Counted from the first letter of the stretch, positions 27,285-37,156 are shown. The stretch is DNA of 58,449 nt from an uncultured Lachnospiraceae bacterium (GCA_948437735.1 CAOJKD010000019.1:1-58449), one strand, 5' to 3'. Program-made: numbers and translations. Notes: a model not told the origin generated them from the sequence alone.

Positions 27285-29933
27285 ATGAATTTTTTAAAAA
27301 ACTTAGAAGGAAATAAAATGGTTCAAGCGATCCGGCGCTTCTACTCCAAACATATAATCCGCAAACTGTTTCTTACAATTTTGTGTGTTGCGCTGGTGAT
27401 TGGCATAATCTGCATGATTCCGGTGCTGTTTGTCAAAAAAGAAAAGCTTCCAGATGTGAAAAGCAAACCGCTCTCCGAATCACTTGGCGAGATTGCAAAG
27501 GAAGAAGGACGTATTCTGATTGCGGAAAACGGAGGAAAAGAATTATATTTTTCCACCGAGACCATGATTTTGGAACTGGTGGATAAGGCGACAGGAACAA
27601 CCCTTACTTCCGGGGTTGCAAGCGCGGAGGAAGGCAGTGAAAAGGCATTGCTTTCCGTGCAGTATTTGGGGGAGGACAACAATTTAGGCGAGTGGAATTC
27701 TTATGACAACAGCGTGGCGCTCGGTTCTTACAATATGCAGCGCATACAGGACGGCATACGCATTTTCATGAATTTCAACGAGGGAGAATCACAGCGTTTT
27801 TATGAGTACTGTCCAAAGAAAATGTCCATTGAGCGGTATGAGGAATTTTTTGTCGGCGGACTTACAAAGGCGCAGGAAGCAGGAACAATCACCTCCATAC
27901 AAAAGCAGAGATACATAATGACACTTGGTCTTGTGTATGCCAGAAGTATTATGGAAGAGTGTTATGCAGTGACTTACACCGGCACGCCGCCAGTCAGTGC
28001 TGTAAAACAGATGCTTGAGATTGTAAAGGTGGTTGGATATACGCAGGATATGTTGATGGAGGATGCGGACCAGTTTGGCTTTACTGTAACTTTTACAGAG
28101 CCGGCAAATTTTGATATCACAGTCGAGGTTACATTGCAGGACGGCGAGCTTGTTGTGAGAATGCCAGCAGGGGCGATGGTATCAAACAATGATTTCTACA
28201 GCATCCAGAATGTAAAATTTTTGCCGAACTTTGGCGCGGCAGCAGCGGCAGATTATGCGGACGGCTATATTTTTGTGCCGGACGGCGCAGGTGCTCTGTT
28301 TGCGTTTAACAGCAATCAGCCGAGCATTAAGGATTATGAGCGGCCAGTGTACGACAATGATTTTTACAAAGATTATTTCTTTATGCCGGAGTACGGCGAA
28401 GAATTGATGATGCCGATTTATGGTATGCTCTACGGACCGCAGGACAACACCGAGAAAGGTTTTTTGGCGATTATTGAATCGGGTGCATACAATTCTTATA
28501 TCAATGTAAAGCTTGCCGGGACAGCGGAAGGAAGTTACAAATACAATAAAACTTATGCATCTTTTGATATCAACCAGTTTCAGAGGGTAAAGATCAACGG
28601 TGCATACAGTACAAATTCCGCAAATTATCTGGTTCAGACAGGTATGCAGGATATTGACTGTACGGTGCGCTATCAGATGTACGGCAGTCAGGTTACGTAT
28701 TTTGATATGGCGAAAGACTATCAGACGTACCTCGCTGATCGGTATGGTATGCAGGTGGAATACGACGATGGAGCGGCAAGTCTTTACCTGGAATTTATCG
28801 GGGCAGTTTCTTTGCAGAAGCGTTTTGTCGGTATCCCGTACAATTCGGTTTATTCCATGACAAGCTACAAGGATTTGAAAAAGATTATGGATGACCTTGA
28901 GGGCGTAAATTACCAAGTACAGTACGACGGAGCGTTCAACGGCGGAATGGACGGAAAGATGAACGCAAAAGCGTCCTTGACCGGTGCGAACGGCAGCAAA
29001 AAAGAGCTGAAGTCGCTGATGGATTACGCACAGCAAAAAGGATTTGATTTCTACCTTGCAGTGGCTCTCTCAAATGTGTCAGAAGGCGGAAACGGTTTTA
29101 TGGCAGGCAATCATGCTGCCAGAAATTTTGGCAACGATGAAGTGATAATGTACCGCTATATGCCGGCAGTCGGAATTTTAAGCGGCGAGATGTACGGCGG
29201 CGTTACTCATAATGGGCATTATATTATTTCACCGGCTTATTTAAGTTATGTAACAGATAAGTTTTTAAAGAAATCGGATGATTACGGAAAGTTGGCTGTT
29301 ACAGATCTTGCTGGAATGTACTATGCAGATTATCGTTTTAATGAAATGATAACCGGAGAGGAAGGCGCGGCGGTAATTCAGGAAAATTTAAAGAAGCTTT
29401 CTGACCGTCAGCTTGCTCTTGAAAATCCGTTTATTGACAACATCAGTTATGGAAGCATTGCGGTTGATGTCTCAAAGGAGAGCAGTGATTACGCAACATT
29501 TCTGTATACTATTCCATTCCGTCAGCTTGTGATGAACGGTCTTGTGGACTATACGACAGAAAATATCAATATCTCTTCAAAGAATGCGGCATATTTTGTT
29601 TTGCAGGCGGCGGAACTTGGTTCTTATCCGAAATATATCCTGACTTCGGAGTCTGTGACAAAATTAAAGTATACAGATTATCATTATCTGTACTCTTCAC
29701 AGTACGATCTTTTAAAGAACGATATCAAATCGATGTATGCAGAAATTGAAGATATCCGCAGTCAGATTGGAACAAACGAGATTGCAGGACATACATGTCT
29801 GGCAAAGAACGTTTATAAGACAACTTATGCAAATGGAGTGGAGGTTATCGTCAATTATAATCTTCACAGCGTGGAACTTGAGGACGGCGCGACGCTTGAT
29901 GCTGAGAGTTATCTGATTCGGGGGGTGAAATAA
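27285..29933 (+). CDS. Large membrane-anchored extracytoplasmic protein, probably DUF5696-type (function unknown, glycan-locus associated)
   Basis: It is 882 aa with an N-terminal TM (LFLTILCVALVIGIICMIPVLFV) and a good SD (GAAGGGAGG). The family name is from memory of similar ABC-linked clusters and is not verified. Confidence 0.45.
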   Translation: MNFLKNLEGNKMVQAIRRFYSKHIIRKLFLTILCVALVIGIICMIPVLFVKKEKLPDVKSKPLSESLGEIAKEEGRILIAENGGKELYFSTETMILELVDKATGTTLTSGVASAEEGSEKALLSVQYLGEDNNLGEWNSYDNSVALGSYNMQRIQDGIRIFMNFNEGESQRFYEYCPKKMSIERYEEFFVGGLTKAQEAGTITSIQKQRYIMTLGLVYARSIMEECYAVTYTGTPPVSAVKQMLEIVKVVGYTQDMLMEDADQFGFTVTFTEPANFDITVEVTLQDGELVVRMPAGAMVSNNDFYSIQNVKFLPNFGAAAAADYADGYIFVPDGAGALFAFNSNQPSIKDYERPVYDNDFYKDYFFMPEYGEELMMPIYGMLYGPQDNTEKGFLAIIESGAYNSYINVKLAGTAEGSYKYNKTYASFDINQFQRVKINGAYSTNSANYLVQTGMQDIDCTVRYQMYGSQVTYFDMAKDYQTYLADRYGMQVEYDDGAASLYLEFIGAVSLQKRFVGIPYNSVYSMTSYKDLKKIMDDLEGVNYQVQYDGAFNGGMDGKMNAKASLTGANGSKKELKSLMDYAQQKGFDFYLAVALSNVSEGGNGFMAGNHAARNFGNDEVIMYRYMPAVGILSGEMYGGVTHNGHYIISPAYLSYVTDKFLKKSDDYGKLAVTDLAGMYYADYRFNEMITGEEGAAVIQENLKKLSDRQLALENPFIDNISYGSIAVDVSKESSDYATFLYTIPFRQLVMNGLVDYTTENINISSKNAAYFVLQAAELGSYPKYILTSESVTKLKYTDYHYLYSSQYDLLKNDIKSMYAEIEDIRSQIGTNEIAGHTCLAKNVYKTTYANGVEVIVNYNLHSVELEDGATLDAESYLIRGVK

Positions 29934-30839
29934 ATGAAGAACAAAAAGAAACTGCCTTATCAGGTAAAAAAGAAAATTAACGGGTTGATTTTCGTAGCGC
30001 CGTTTCTGATTGGTTTTATAGCGTTTTTCCTGATACCGATTATCAATACCGTATATTACTCTTTTAATAAGGTAGGCGTCGGGGAAAGCGGCGGTATGAC
30101 ATTCTCCTGGAATGGAATACAAAACTACATCGATCTGTTTAAAACAGAAGTAACAACAACCTCCACGACAATGATGCGGTTGTTTGCCGAACAGAACCAG
30201 AATCTTTTGATCAGCGTGCCATTGATTGTTGTGTTCAGCTTGTTTATGGCGCTGCTTGCAAATCAAAAATTTAAAGGGCGTGCGGTTGTGCGGTTGATTT
30301 TCTTCCTGCCGATTATTCTTGGAATTGAGGTTGTCACTTCAATGCTTGCTATGACAACAGGAACAGAAAGTCTGGATACAGGCAGCCAGCTGGTGTCCGG
30401 CAGCTATATTACCATATTCCTTGTGCGCATTTTAAATGTTCCGATGCGGGTGCTTTATCCGATTATCAGTTACATTGAAAATATTTTTACATTGATCTCG
30501 CAGGCAGGTGTTCAGACGCTTGTGTATTTGACAGCACTTCAGTCCATCAGCCCAAGCCTTTACGAAGTGGCGAAGATGGAGGGTGCGACCGCTTACGAGA
30601 CATTCTGGAAGGTTACGATTCCTTCCATTATGCATATCACATTGTTTGTGATTGTATACACGATTGTGCAGCTGTTTATTGAGTCGCCAGTGGCGGAGGA
30701 AGTGTATGCGTTTGCGTTCCGCCAAAACAAAATCGGTATCAGCTCCGCGCTGTCGGTTGTCTATATTTTTAACGTGCTGATCGTGCTTGGCGTTGTTATG
30801 CTGCTGCTGCGAAAGGTGGTGAAGAAGAATGAAAAATAA
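29934..30839 (+). CDS. Sugar ABC transporter permease (second system, MalF-like)
   Basis: It has TM helices and the EAA region VAKMEGATAYETFWKVTIP. Its start abuts the previous stop. Confidence 0.7.
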   Translation: MKNKKKLPYQVKKKINGLIFVAPFLIGFIAFFLIPIINTVYYSFNKVGVGESGGMTFSWNGIQNYIDLFKTEVTTTSTTMMRLFAEQNQNLLISVPLIVVFSLFMALLANQKFKGRAVVRLIFFLPIILGIEVVTSMLAMTTGTESLDTGSQLVSGSYITIFLVRILNVPMRVLYPIISYIENIFTLISQAGVQTLVYLTALQSISPSLYEVAKMEGATAYETFWKVTIPSIMHITLFVIVYTIVQLFIESPVAEEVYAFAFRQNKIGISSALSVVYIFNVLIVLGVVMLLLRKVVKKNEK

Positions 30840-31824
30840 TGATAGGAACGCATCGCTCGCAATATATCTGTTTAAAAAGCGGTCGAAAAAAACAATACTT
30901 AAGATTATTACTACCGTGTTGATTTTGGGACTTTGCTTTACTATTATTTTGCCGCTTTTAAACCTTGTTCCAGTTGTGTTGTCATCGATTGAAGAGCTTG
31001 GCAACCCAAATGTAATCTGGCTGCCGCTTGAGAAATCCCTTGTCAGCTTTAAAGCAGCAATCCGCTTTATTCTTCCAAACGGACTGATGACAATGGCAAA
31101 ATCCGTGCTGTATGCGACTGGTATTATGGTAATCCAGATTTTCTTCTCCGCCATGGTTGGCTATTCTTTGGCGAGAATCAATTTCTGGGGCAGGAATGTT
31201 GTATTCTTTATGGTTATTTTGGTGTTCTTGCTTCCGAGACAGTCGCTGCTTTTGTCACAGTATATTTTCTTTAACCACTTTGATGTACTCGGCATTATGA
31301 ATATATTTACAAAAGCGGGCGAGGTTAATTTAATTAACAACCCAATTGTACTTGTTATCTTAGCGGTTTTTGGATTTGGAGTAAATCAGAGCTTGTTTAT
31401 TTTCCTGTTCAGCCAGTTCTTTAAAAATATTCCAAAGGAGCTGGAGGAAGCAGCACTGATTGACGGCTGCGGGTTTTATAAAACATATTTCCGCATTATG
31501 ATACCAAATGCAGTGCCGATTATCTCCACAGTTGCAATTTTGTCGTTTGTATGGAATTACGGCGATACTTATTACACAAATTATTTTAACCCGAACGGCG
31601 GATTTTTGAGCACGCTGCTTTCCACCACATTTAGTTCTGCAAATAAGGATTATGTTATGAATGCGGTGCGGGTATGGTATGATGTGCCGCTTGTGCCAGA
31701 TATGGCATTTGACGCAGTAAAACAGGCGGGCGTACTGGTCTATTTGATTCCGCTGCTGATTGTTTATTTGGTCGGACAGAGGAAACTGGTAGAAAACCTG
31801 GAGAATTCAGGTCTTGTAGGATAA
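30829..31824 (+). CDS. Sugar ABC transporter permease (second system, MalG-like)
   Basis: It has TM helices and the EAA region EEAALIDGCGFYKTYFRIMIP. It overlaps the upstream gene by 11 nt. Confidence 0.7.
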   Translation: MKNNDRNASLAIYLFKKRSKKTILKIITTVLILGLCFTIILPLLNLVPVVLSSIEELGNPNVIWLPLEKSLVSFKAAIRFILPNGLMTMAKSVLYATGIMVIQIFFSAMVGYSLARINFWGRNVVFFMVILVFLLPRQSLLLSQYIFFNHFDVLGIMNIFTKAGEVNLINNPIVLVILAVFGFGVNQSLFIFLFSQFFKNIPKELEEAALIDGCGFYKTYFRIMIPNAVPIISTVAILSFVWNYGDTYYTNYFNPNGGFLSTLLSTTFSSANKDYVMNAVRVWYDVPLVPDMAFDAVKQAGVLVYLIPLLIVYLVGQRKLVENLENSGLVG

Positions 31825-32035
31825 GGAAAATCTTTTCAAGCCAAAAGAAGTTTTTGATACATACTGTTGATTATTGCTTTTCGGGGAATATAAGCTGAAA
31901 AAGAAAAACAGTGTGCAGAAAATAAAAAAAAAGGGTTAAAGCAGGGCTGTTGTAAAACATGACTTTCTGGCAGAATATAGAATTTTGTATTTTGTCTGAT
32001 GTTTACAGCAGCCTTGTCTGCAAAAAGGAGAAGAT

Positions 32036-33622
32036 ATGGAAGTTTATGGACATGACAAGAATTGGAGAAAACAGGGTATGGCAGCAGGATTGGCGATAGT
32101 TCTTGGTATTGCAGCAGTTGGGTGCGGGGATTCGGGACAGAATGAGGAGCCGACTCCGACGATAACCAAGGCGGAAGAACCGACGCCGGAGCCAACTCCA
32201 ACTCCGGTTCCAACCGAGGATGTCACAGCGAAATATGATAAGATTAAGGTAGATGAAACGACAACATACCAGACGATGGAGAGTTTCGGAACAAGCAGCG
32301 CATGGTGGTCTCAGTATGTTGGAGGTTTTACAAAAGATCCTTATGGAAATGGCACTGCGACAAGAGATGCGATTGCAACACTGCTGTTTGACAAGGAGGA
32401 AGGGATTGGCCTGACTGCTTATCGCTATAATTTGGGGGCTGGTTCGGTTGAGAGCAGAACAGGGACATTCTGGGATAATCACCGGAAAGCACAATGCTTT
32501 GAAACAGAACCTGGAGTGTATGATTTTACGAAAGATGCGAATGCAGTTTGGTTTATGAAAAAAGCGGTGGAACTTGGCGTAGAAGAAGTCACATTTTTTT
32601 GCAATAGCCCGCTTGTGCGTCTGACGGATAACGGACTGCCTCATATGAGCGAAGGGGGCAGCAAAACCAATATTCAGCCGGAAAATTATGATGATTTTGC
32701 AAATTATTGCTATGATGTTGTGGAGCATTTTATTGATGATGGTATTCCGGTTAAGTTTTTGTCGCCGATCAATGAACCGCAGTGGGATTGGTATAACGGG
32801 CAGGAGGGATGTCATTATTCTGCAAAGGAAACAAGAGCGCTTTATCTTGCTTTTTTGGATGAGCTGGAGAAGCGACCAGAGTTACTTTCAAAACTGCATC
32901 TTTCTGGACCAGAGAGCGGAGAGTGGGGCGGAATGGCGAAAGATTACACGCAGGCAATTCTTGGAAACGAGAGACTTGCTGCCCATTTTGATGCAATTGA
33001 TAATCATTCGTACTGGTCAAACAATATTGCAAAGGAAAGTTTCCGCAATTGGATGAAGATTCATTACCCAGATACAAAACTTCGCATGAGCGAATGGTGC
33101 GAGATGGTGAATGGATCGGATGTTACAATGGATTCTGCATTCCATATTGCACAGCAGATTGCAGAAGATTTGACGATATTGAATGTTGTTTCGTGGAGCA
33201 ACTGGGTAGGAGTTGCGCCGGGAGGATATCGGGACGGTTTGATCTATATCGACGAGAGCACTCAAAAGTTCCGCGCATTAAAGAGACTTTGGAGTTTTGG
33301 AAATTATTCCCGTTATGTCCGTCCAGGCTATGTACGCATTGAGCTTGAAACAACGCGCAGAGCGCAGGAGAAAATGATGCCGACAGCGTTTGTCGGTACA
33401 AACGAAGAAACTGGTGCGGCTGAGCTTGTGATGGTGTTTGTCAATGAGGATGTATTAAAACAGGAATTTATTTTGGAGGGCGCGGACGGCTACAATCATA
33501 TCGCTGTCTATGAAACTTCAGATAAGTACGATTTGGAGTGCGTGTTGGAAGGAGAATGGTCGAACACACAGCCAATTACAATTACAAATGGTTCTGTTAC
33601 CACAGTTGTATTGTCAAAATAA
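32036..33622 (+). CDS. Glycoside hydrolase family 30 lipoprotein (endo-beta-1,6-galactanase / glucosylceramidase-like)
   Basis: ATG follows AAAGGAGAAG. It has a lipobox (AAVGCG) and a Pro/Thr linker. TYQTMESFGTSSAWWSQYVGG and an NEPQW-type catalytic-acid region (PINEPQWDWYNG) are typical of GH30. Confidence 0.65.
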   Translation: MEVYGHDKNWRKQGMAAGLAIVLGIAAVGCGDSGQNEEPTPTITKAEEPTPEPTPTPVPTEDVTAKYDKIKVDETTTYQTMESFGTSSAWWSQYVGGFTKDPYGNGTATRDAIATLLFDKEEGIGLTAYRYNLGAGSVESRTGTFWDNHRKAQCFETEPGVYDFTKDANAVWFMKKAVELGVEEVTFFCNSPLVRLTDNGLPHMSEGGSKTNIQPENYDDFANYCYDVVEHFIDDGIPVKFLSPINEPQWDWYNGQEGCHYSAKETRALYLAFLDELEKRPELLSKLHLSGPESGEWGGMAKDYTQAILGNERLAAHFDAIDNHSYWSNNIAKESFRNWMKIHYPDTKLRMSEWCEMVNGSDVTMDSAFHIAQQIAEDLTILNVVSWSNWVGVAPGGYRDGLIYIDESTQKFRALKRLWSFGNYSRYVRPGYVRIELETTRRAQEKMMPTAFVGTNEETGAAELVMVFVNEDVLKQEFILEGADGYNHIAVYETSDKYDLECVLEGEWSNTQPITITNGSVTTVVLSK

Positions 33623-33705
33623 AGATGTTTTTTGACCAAACGGAATGTATTTTTTGCACGTCGCTAAAAACAGAAGGGCTTTTTATTCAAGCCGTGGATC
33701 GATAA

Positions 33706-33748
33706 AACAAAAAACGGTGAACAGTCAAAAGACTTTCACCGTTTTTTG
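33706..33748. terminator. Bidirectional rho-independent terminator (GH30 gene on +, XRE gene on -)
   Basis: An A-run, then the stem ACGGTGAA (33714-33721) paired with TTCACCGT (33735-33742), then a T-run. Confidence 0.6.
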
Positions 33749-33767
33749 CTTTACATTTTTTTGCGCG

Positions 33768-33980
33768 CTAATTCCTCTTGTCCGTGAGAGCGAGGATAAA
33801 ATCCGTAGTAACCTGATAATACTTGCTCAGGGAAATGAGATGTCTGATCGGCATTTCATTTGCACCGCGCTCATATCTGGCATACATGGTCTGAGAGATG
33901 CCAAGAACATTCCTTGCAACAAACTCCTGCGTCAAATCGTTTTCCTGCCTTAAGTCACGGATGCGCTTTTTGTAGTCCAT
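33768..33980 (-). CDS. XRE-family (Cro/CI-type) helix-turn-helix transcriptional regulator, 70 aa
   Basis: ATG at 33980 lies 5 nt after AGGTGA. The HTH is LTQEFVARNVLGISQTMYARYERG. Confidence 0.6.
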   Translation of the reverse strand: MDYKKRIRDLRQENDLTQEFVARNVLGISQTMYARYERGANEMPIRHLISLSKYYQVTTDFILALTDKRN

Positions 33981-34204
33981 GTTGATCACCTGTGTCACCT
34001 TTTTCTATTTAGATTTTGATTGACAGGATATACCGCCCGCCAATCAATGGTTAATACATGACTGATTATAACATATATTATGATAGAAGAAAAGAGAAAA
34101 ATTGAAAAAAATCGAAAAAAATTTATTTTTTTATCGAAACATGTTTTGTAAGAAGAAAGATACAAGAAAATTGGAGGAAAATTCAGGAAAAACCGAAAAA
34201 TATC

Positions 34205-34233
34205 TTGACAAACAAAAAATGACATGGTAAAAT
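34205..34233 (+). promoter_or_regulatory. Consensus sigma-A promoter of the aspS leader
   Basis: TTGACA (34205-34210), 17 bp, TAAAAT (34228-34233). Confidence 0.5.
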
Positions 34234-34306
34234 TGGCGGAAGAATACAAAAATGATTATATGATAATGGCTGTTTTTTATTTTTGACAGCAGAAAGAGGA
34301 ATGCAA

Positions 34307-34360
34307 CAATGCTGTATATCATCCACAATGTAAACAGGGACGACGATAGGCAGCGCATGT
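34307..34360 (+). CDS. Candidate attenuation leader peptide MLYIIHNVNRDDDRQRM (17 codons; Asp-Asp-Asp plus two Asn codons)
   Basis: ATG 34307 lies 8 nt after AGAGGA. The codons are ...AAT GTA AAC AGG GAC GAC GAT AGG CAG CGC ATG TAA. It sits inside a ~290-nt leader immediately upstream of overlapping hairpins. Confidence 0.45.
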
Positions 34361-34421
34361 AACTGTGAAGTTAAAACACAGGTGCATGCGCTCTTTGTGC
34401 TGTGCCTGTGTGGAAGATAGC

Positions 34422-34467
34422 GAGACCACACTTGTATCAGGAACAAGATACTCGTGTGGTCTTTTTT
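34422..34467 (+). terminator. Leader (attenuator) terminator upstream of aspS
   Basis: GACCACACTTGTATC pairs with GATACTCGTGTGGTC (15-bp stem with a 2-nt internal mismatch), followed by TTTTTTT. The upstream GTGTGG (34406-34411) can pair with CCACAC of the 5' arm as an antiterminator. Confidence 0.6.
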
Positions 34468-34532
34468 TCATATGCGCACGCTCGCTTACCGCTGACAGCG
34501 ACAAAAAAATTAAAAAATGGAGGTATTTTTAT

Positions 34533-35853
34533 GGAACAGGTTCATTTTGTAAAGGCGGCAGATTATTGTGAAAAAACGGATTACAAAAGTATGGCAGGGC
34601 AGATTGTGAAACTGCACGGTGCAGTGACAAAGATTCGGAAGATGAGAGGATTTGCATTTGTATTGCTGCGCACAGTGGACGGAGTGGAACAATGCCTATG
34701 GGACGAAGAGTCAAATTTTTTGTTGGAAACGCTCTGCGAGGAGGCATGCATTGCCGCGGATGCTATGGTTGTGGCAGAACCAAGAGCAAAGGGCGGATAT
34801 GAGATGCATCTAATAAAAGTTACAGTACTTTCAAAGCCTGCTGCAGAACTGCCATTTCAGGTTGGAAATAAAGAGATTAACACTTCCTTTGAGAATATGT
34901 TTGACTATCGCCCGCTCTCACTGCGCAACGAGAGGGAGCGCGCAGTGTTCCGCATTCAGTCATGTCTGTGCCGTGCGTTTCGCAGTTTTTTAGAGCAGCA
35001 GGGATTTACGGAAATACACACGCCAAAACTTGTCTCCGAAGGCGCGGAGGGCGGAGCAAATATTTTTAAATTAGACTATTTTGGAAGGCAGGCATATTTG
35101 GCGCAAAGCCCACAGTTTTATAAACAGATGATGGTTGGGGTGTTTGAGAGAGTGTATGAGATTGGACCGGTGTTTCGCGCGGAAAAACATGATACTTCAA
35201 GACATTTAAACGAGTATACCGGAGTGGATTTTGAGATGGGATATATTCAAAGTTTTGAGGAAATTATGGAGATGGAGACCGGTATGATTGCTTTTGCGAT
35301 GGAGATGCTAAAAAAATCTGTACCAGATGAACTTGAACTTTTGAAAGTGTGCATACCAAAAGTTTTGGATATTCCAACCGTGCGGTTTCAGGATGCAAAA
35401 GAGCTTGTCGCAGAAAAGTACAAACGAAAAATTGCTGATAAAGAAGATTTTGAGCCGGAGGAGGAACGTCTGCTCTGTGAGCTGCTCCAGGAACAAACAG
35501 GGTGTGAATTTGTATTTGTGACTCATTATCCGTCTGCAAAACGACCGTTTTATGCGATGGAAACACCAGGAAATCCAACGGAAACACAGAGTTTTGACCT
35601 TTTGTTTCGAGGGCTGGAGGTGACAACCGGGGGGCAAAGGATACATGATTACACAGCTCAAGTGGAAAAGATGGAACGGCGTAATATAAATAAGGAAAGT
35701 TTTGAATCCTACTTAATGATGCACAAGTATGGTATGCCGCCTCATGGCGGATTGGGGCTTGGATTGGAGCGTTTTACCGCACGGCTGCTTGGCAGAGAAA
35801 ATGTCAGACAAGCGACTTTGTTCCCGCGTGACATTCATCGACTTACCCCGTAG
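34533..35853 (+). CDS. aspS: Aspartate--tRNA ligase, archaeal/eukaryotic type (AspRS2, possibly non-discriminating)
   Basis: ATG 34533 follows TGGAGGT. It has class IIb motifs [22 protein letters not shown] and [12 protein letters not shown]. The Asp-specific QSPQ loop is present ([11 protein letters not shown]). The 440-aa length fits. Confidence 0.75.
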
Positions 35854-36049
35854 AACTAAAGAAACCATTGTATTTTGCCGATATACCTATATGCAATTCT
35901 ATATTTTATTGAAAATCGTTGCAGTAATCTATAGAAGATGTTATACTTATCTAAACACAGAGATTGTTTGATAAATTACAAGAAATTGTGCGAAAAGCCT
36001 ACTCCTTTAGGTGTGGGATGGATAGCAAAGGATTTCATGTGGAGGTAAG

Positions 36050-37156
36050 ATGATTCAAAGAAAATATTGGAAAAAAGGGATGGTTACAGCAGGTTTTTTG
36101 CTGCTGGCTGCCTGCGGCAATAAAGATGGTGATGAGATTATGCCAAGTCCAGGCAATACGCAGGAGCCACAGGTAACACAAGCAGCGGAGGATCTTACAA
36201 CTCCTTCCCCATCCGTGACGGATGAGCCTGGCGTGGTGCCGCCGGACGCTCCGACACAGGGGGAGGACGATATTGAACAAGGAGGTGTAATTACGGAAAA
36301 CGAAAATGAAAAAGGAGTAGCAGTGCAGGATGAGATAACAGGACTTTTGTCTTATGGCGGGGTCAATTATGAGATTACCGGGGACGACACAATGTCAATC
36401 GTGGATTACTACGATATTGAAATGACAAAACTTGTGATACCGGACGAACTTGAATATGAAGGAAAAACATATCGAGTTACGGAGATTGAGGAAGATGTTT
36501 TTGCATATTTTTACGATCTTACATCCGTGGAGATCGGAAGAAATATCGAAGTGATTGGCAAGACAGCCTTTCAGGGATGCGGGGACCTCGTGGAAGTTAT
36601 ATTCCGAAAAAGTCCGCGTGTGATTGGAGACAGTGCATTTTCAGGATGTGAGATGCTTGAGAGCATCCATTTGCCGGAGGGTGTGGAAAGTCTTGGAGAA
36701 GAAGCTTTTTGTGGCTGTTCTGCGCTGGAGGATGTCAAATTGCCAGAGACGCTGGAAACGACAGGAGAAAATTTGTTTTTTGACTGTACAGCACTGGAGC
36801 GCATAGAAATTCCGGTATCTTTAAAAAATATTTCCTACGGAATGTTCACAAATTGTTATGCGCTGTCGGAGGTTGTTATTCCAGAAGGAATTGTCACCAT
36901 TGGGCAGGAAGCTTTTTGGGCGTGTGAATCTTTAAAAAGCATTACTTTGCCGGAGAGCTTGACTTACATAGGCAATCAGGCGTTTTACAATTCAGGATTG
37001 GAAAGTATCACATTTCCAGAAACGAAAGTTTCGCTCGGTGAAAATATCTTTGATTATTGTGAATCTATGGAAAAGGTTTATGTAAAGGAAACATCAGCAG
37101 AGTATTATGAATCAGAGCTGGAAGATTATGAGTATGAGATTGTAATTATGCCGTAA
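36050..37156 (+). CDS. Surface lipoprotein with BspA-type leucine-rich repeats
   Basis: It has a lipobox (LLLAACG). The pattern of conserved cysteines and LxxIxLP motifs recurs every ~23 residues (...IGKTAFQGCGDLVEVIF..., ...IGDSAFSGCEMLESIHLP..., ...LGEEAFCGCSALEDVKLP...). Confidence 0.65.
   Translation: MIQRKYWKKGMVTAGFLLLAACGNKDGDEIMPSPGNTQEPQVTQAAEDLTTPSPSVTDEPGVVPPDAPTQGEDDIEQGGVITENENEKGVAVQDEITGLLSYGGVNYEITGDDTMSIVDYYDIEMTKLVIPDELEYEGKTYRVTEIEEDVFAYFYDLTSVEIGRNIEVIGKTAFQGCGDLVEVIFRKSPRVIGDSAFSGCEMLESIHLPEGVESLGEEAFCGCSALEDVKLPETLETTGENLFFDCTALERIEIPVSLKNISYGMFTNCYALSEVVIPEGIVTIGQEAFWACESLKSITLPESLTYIGNQAFYNSGLESITFPETKVSLGENIFDYCESMEKVYVKETSAEYYESELEDYEYEIVIMP

Noticed and set aside
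33995-34250. Possible gene in the AT-rich 250-bp region between the XRE gene and the aspS promoter
   Set aside because: There are only poly-A/T-rich minus-strand frames (FFFL.., IIYVI..) with no SD. The region is better explained as promoter and UP-element DNA for the divergent XRE and aspS transcripts.
34240-34532. T-box riboswitch upstream of aspS
   Set aside because: It is the expected regulator of a Firmicutes aminoacyl-tRNA synthetase. But the leader has no T-box consensus (AAUUAGGGUGGNACCGCG) and no recognisable Stem I specifier architecture. The leader-peptide/attenuator reading fits the sequence better.
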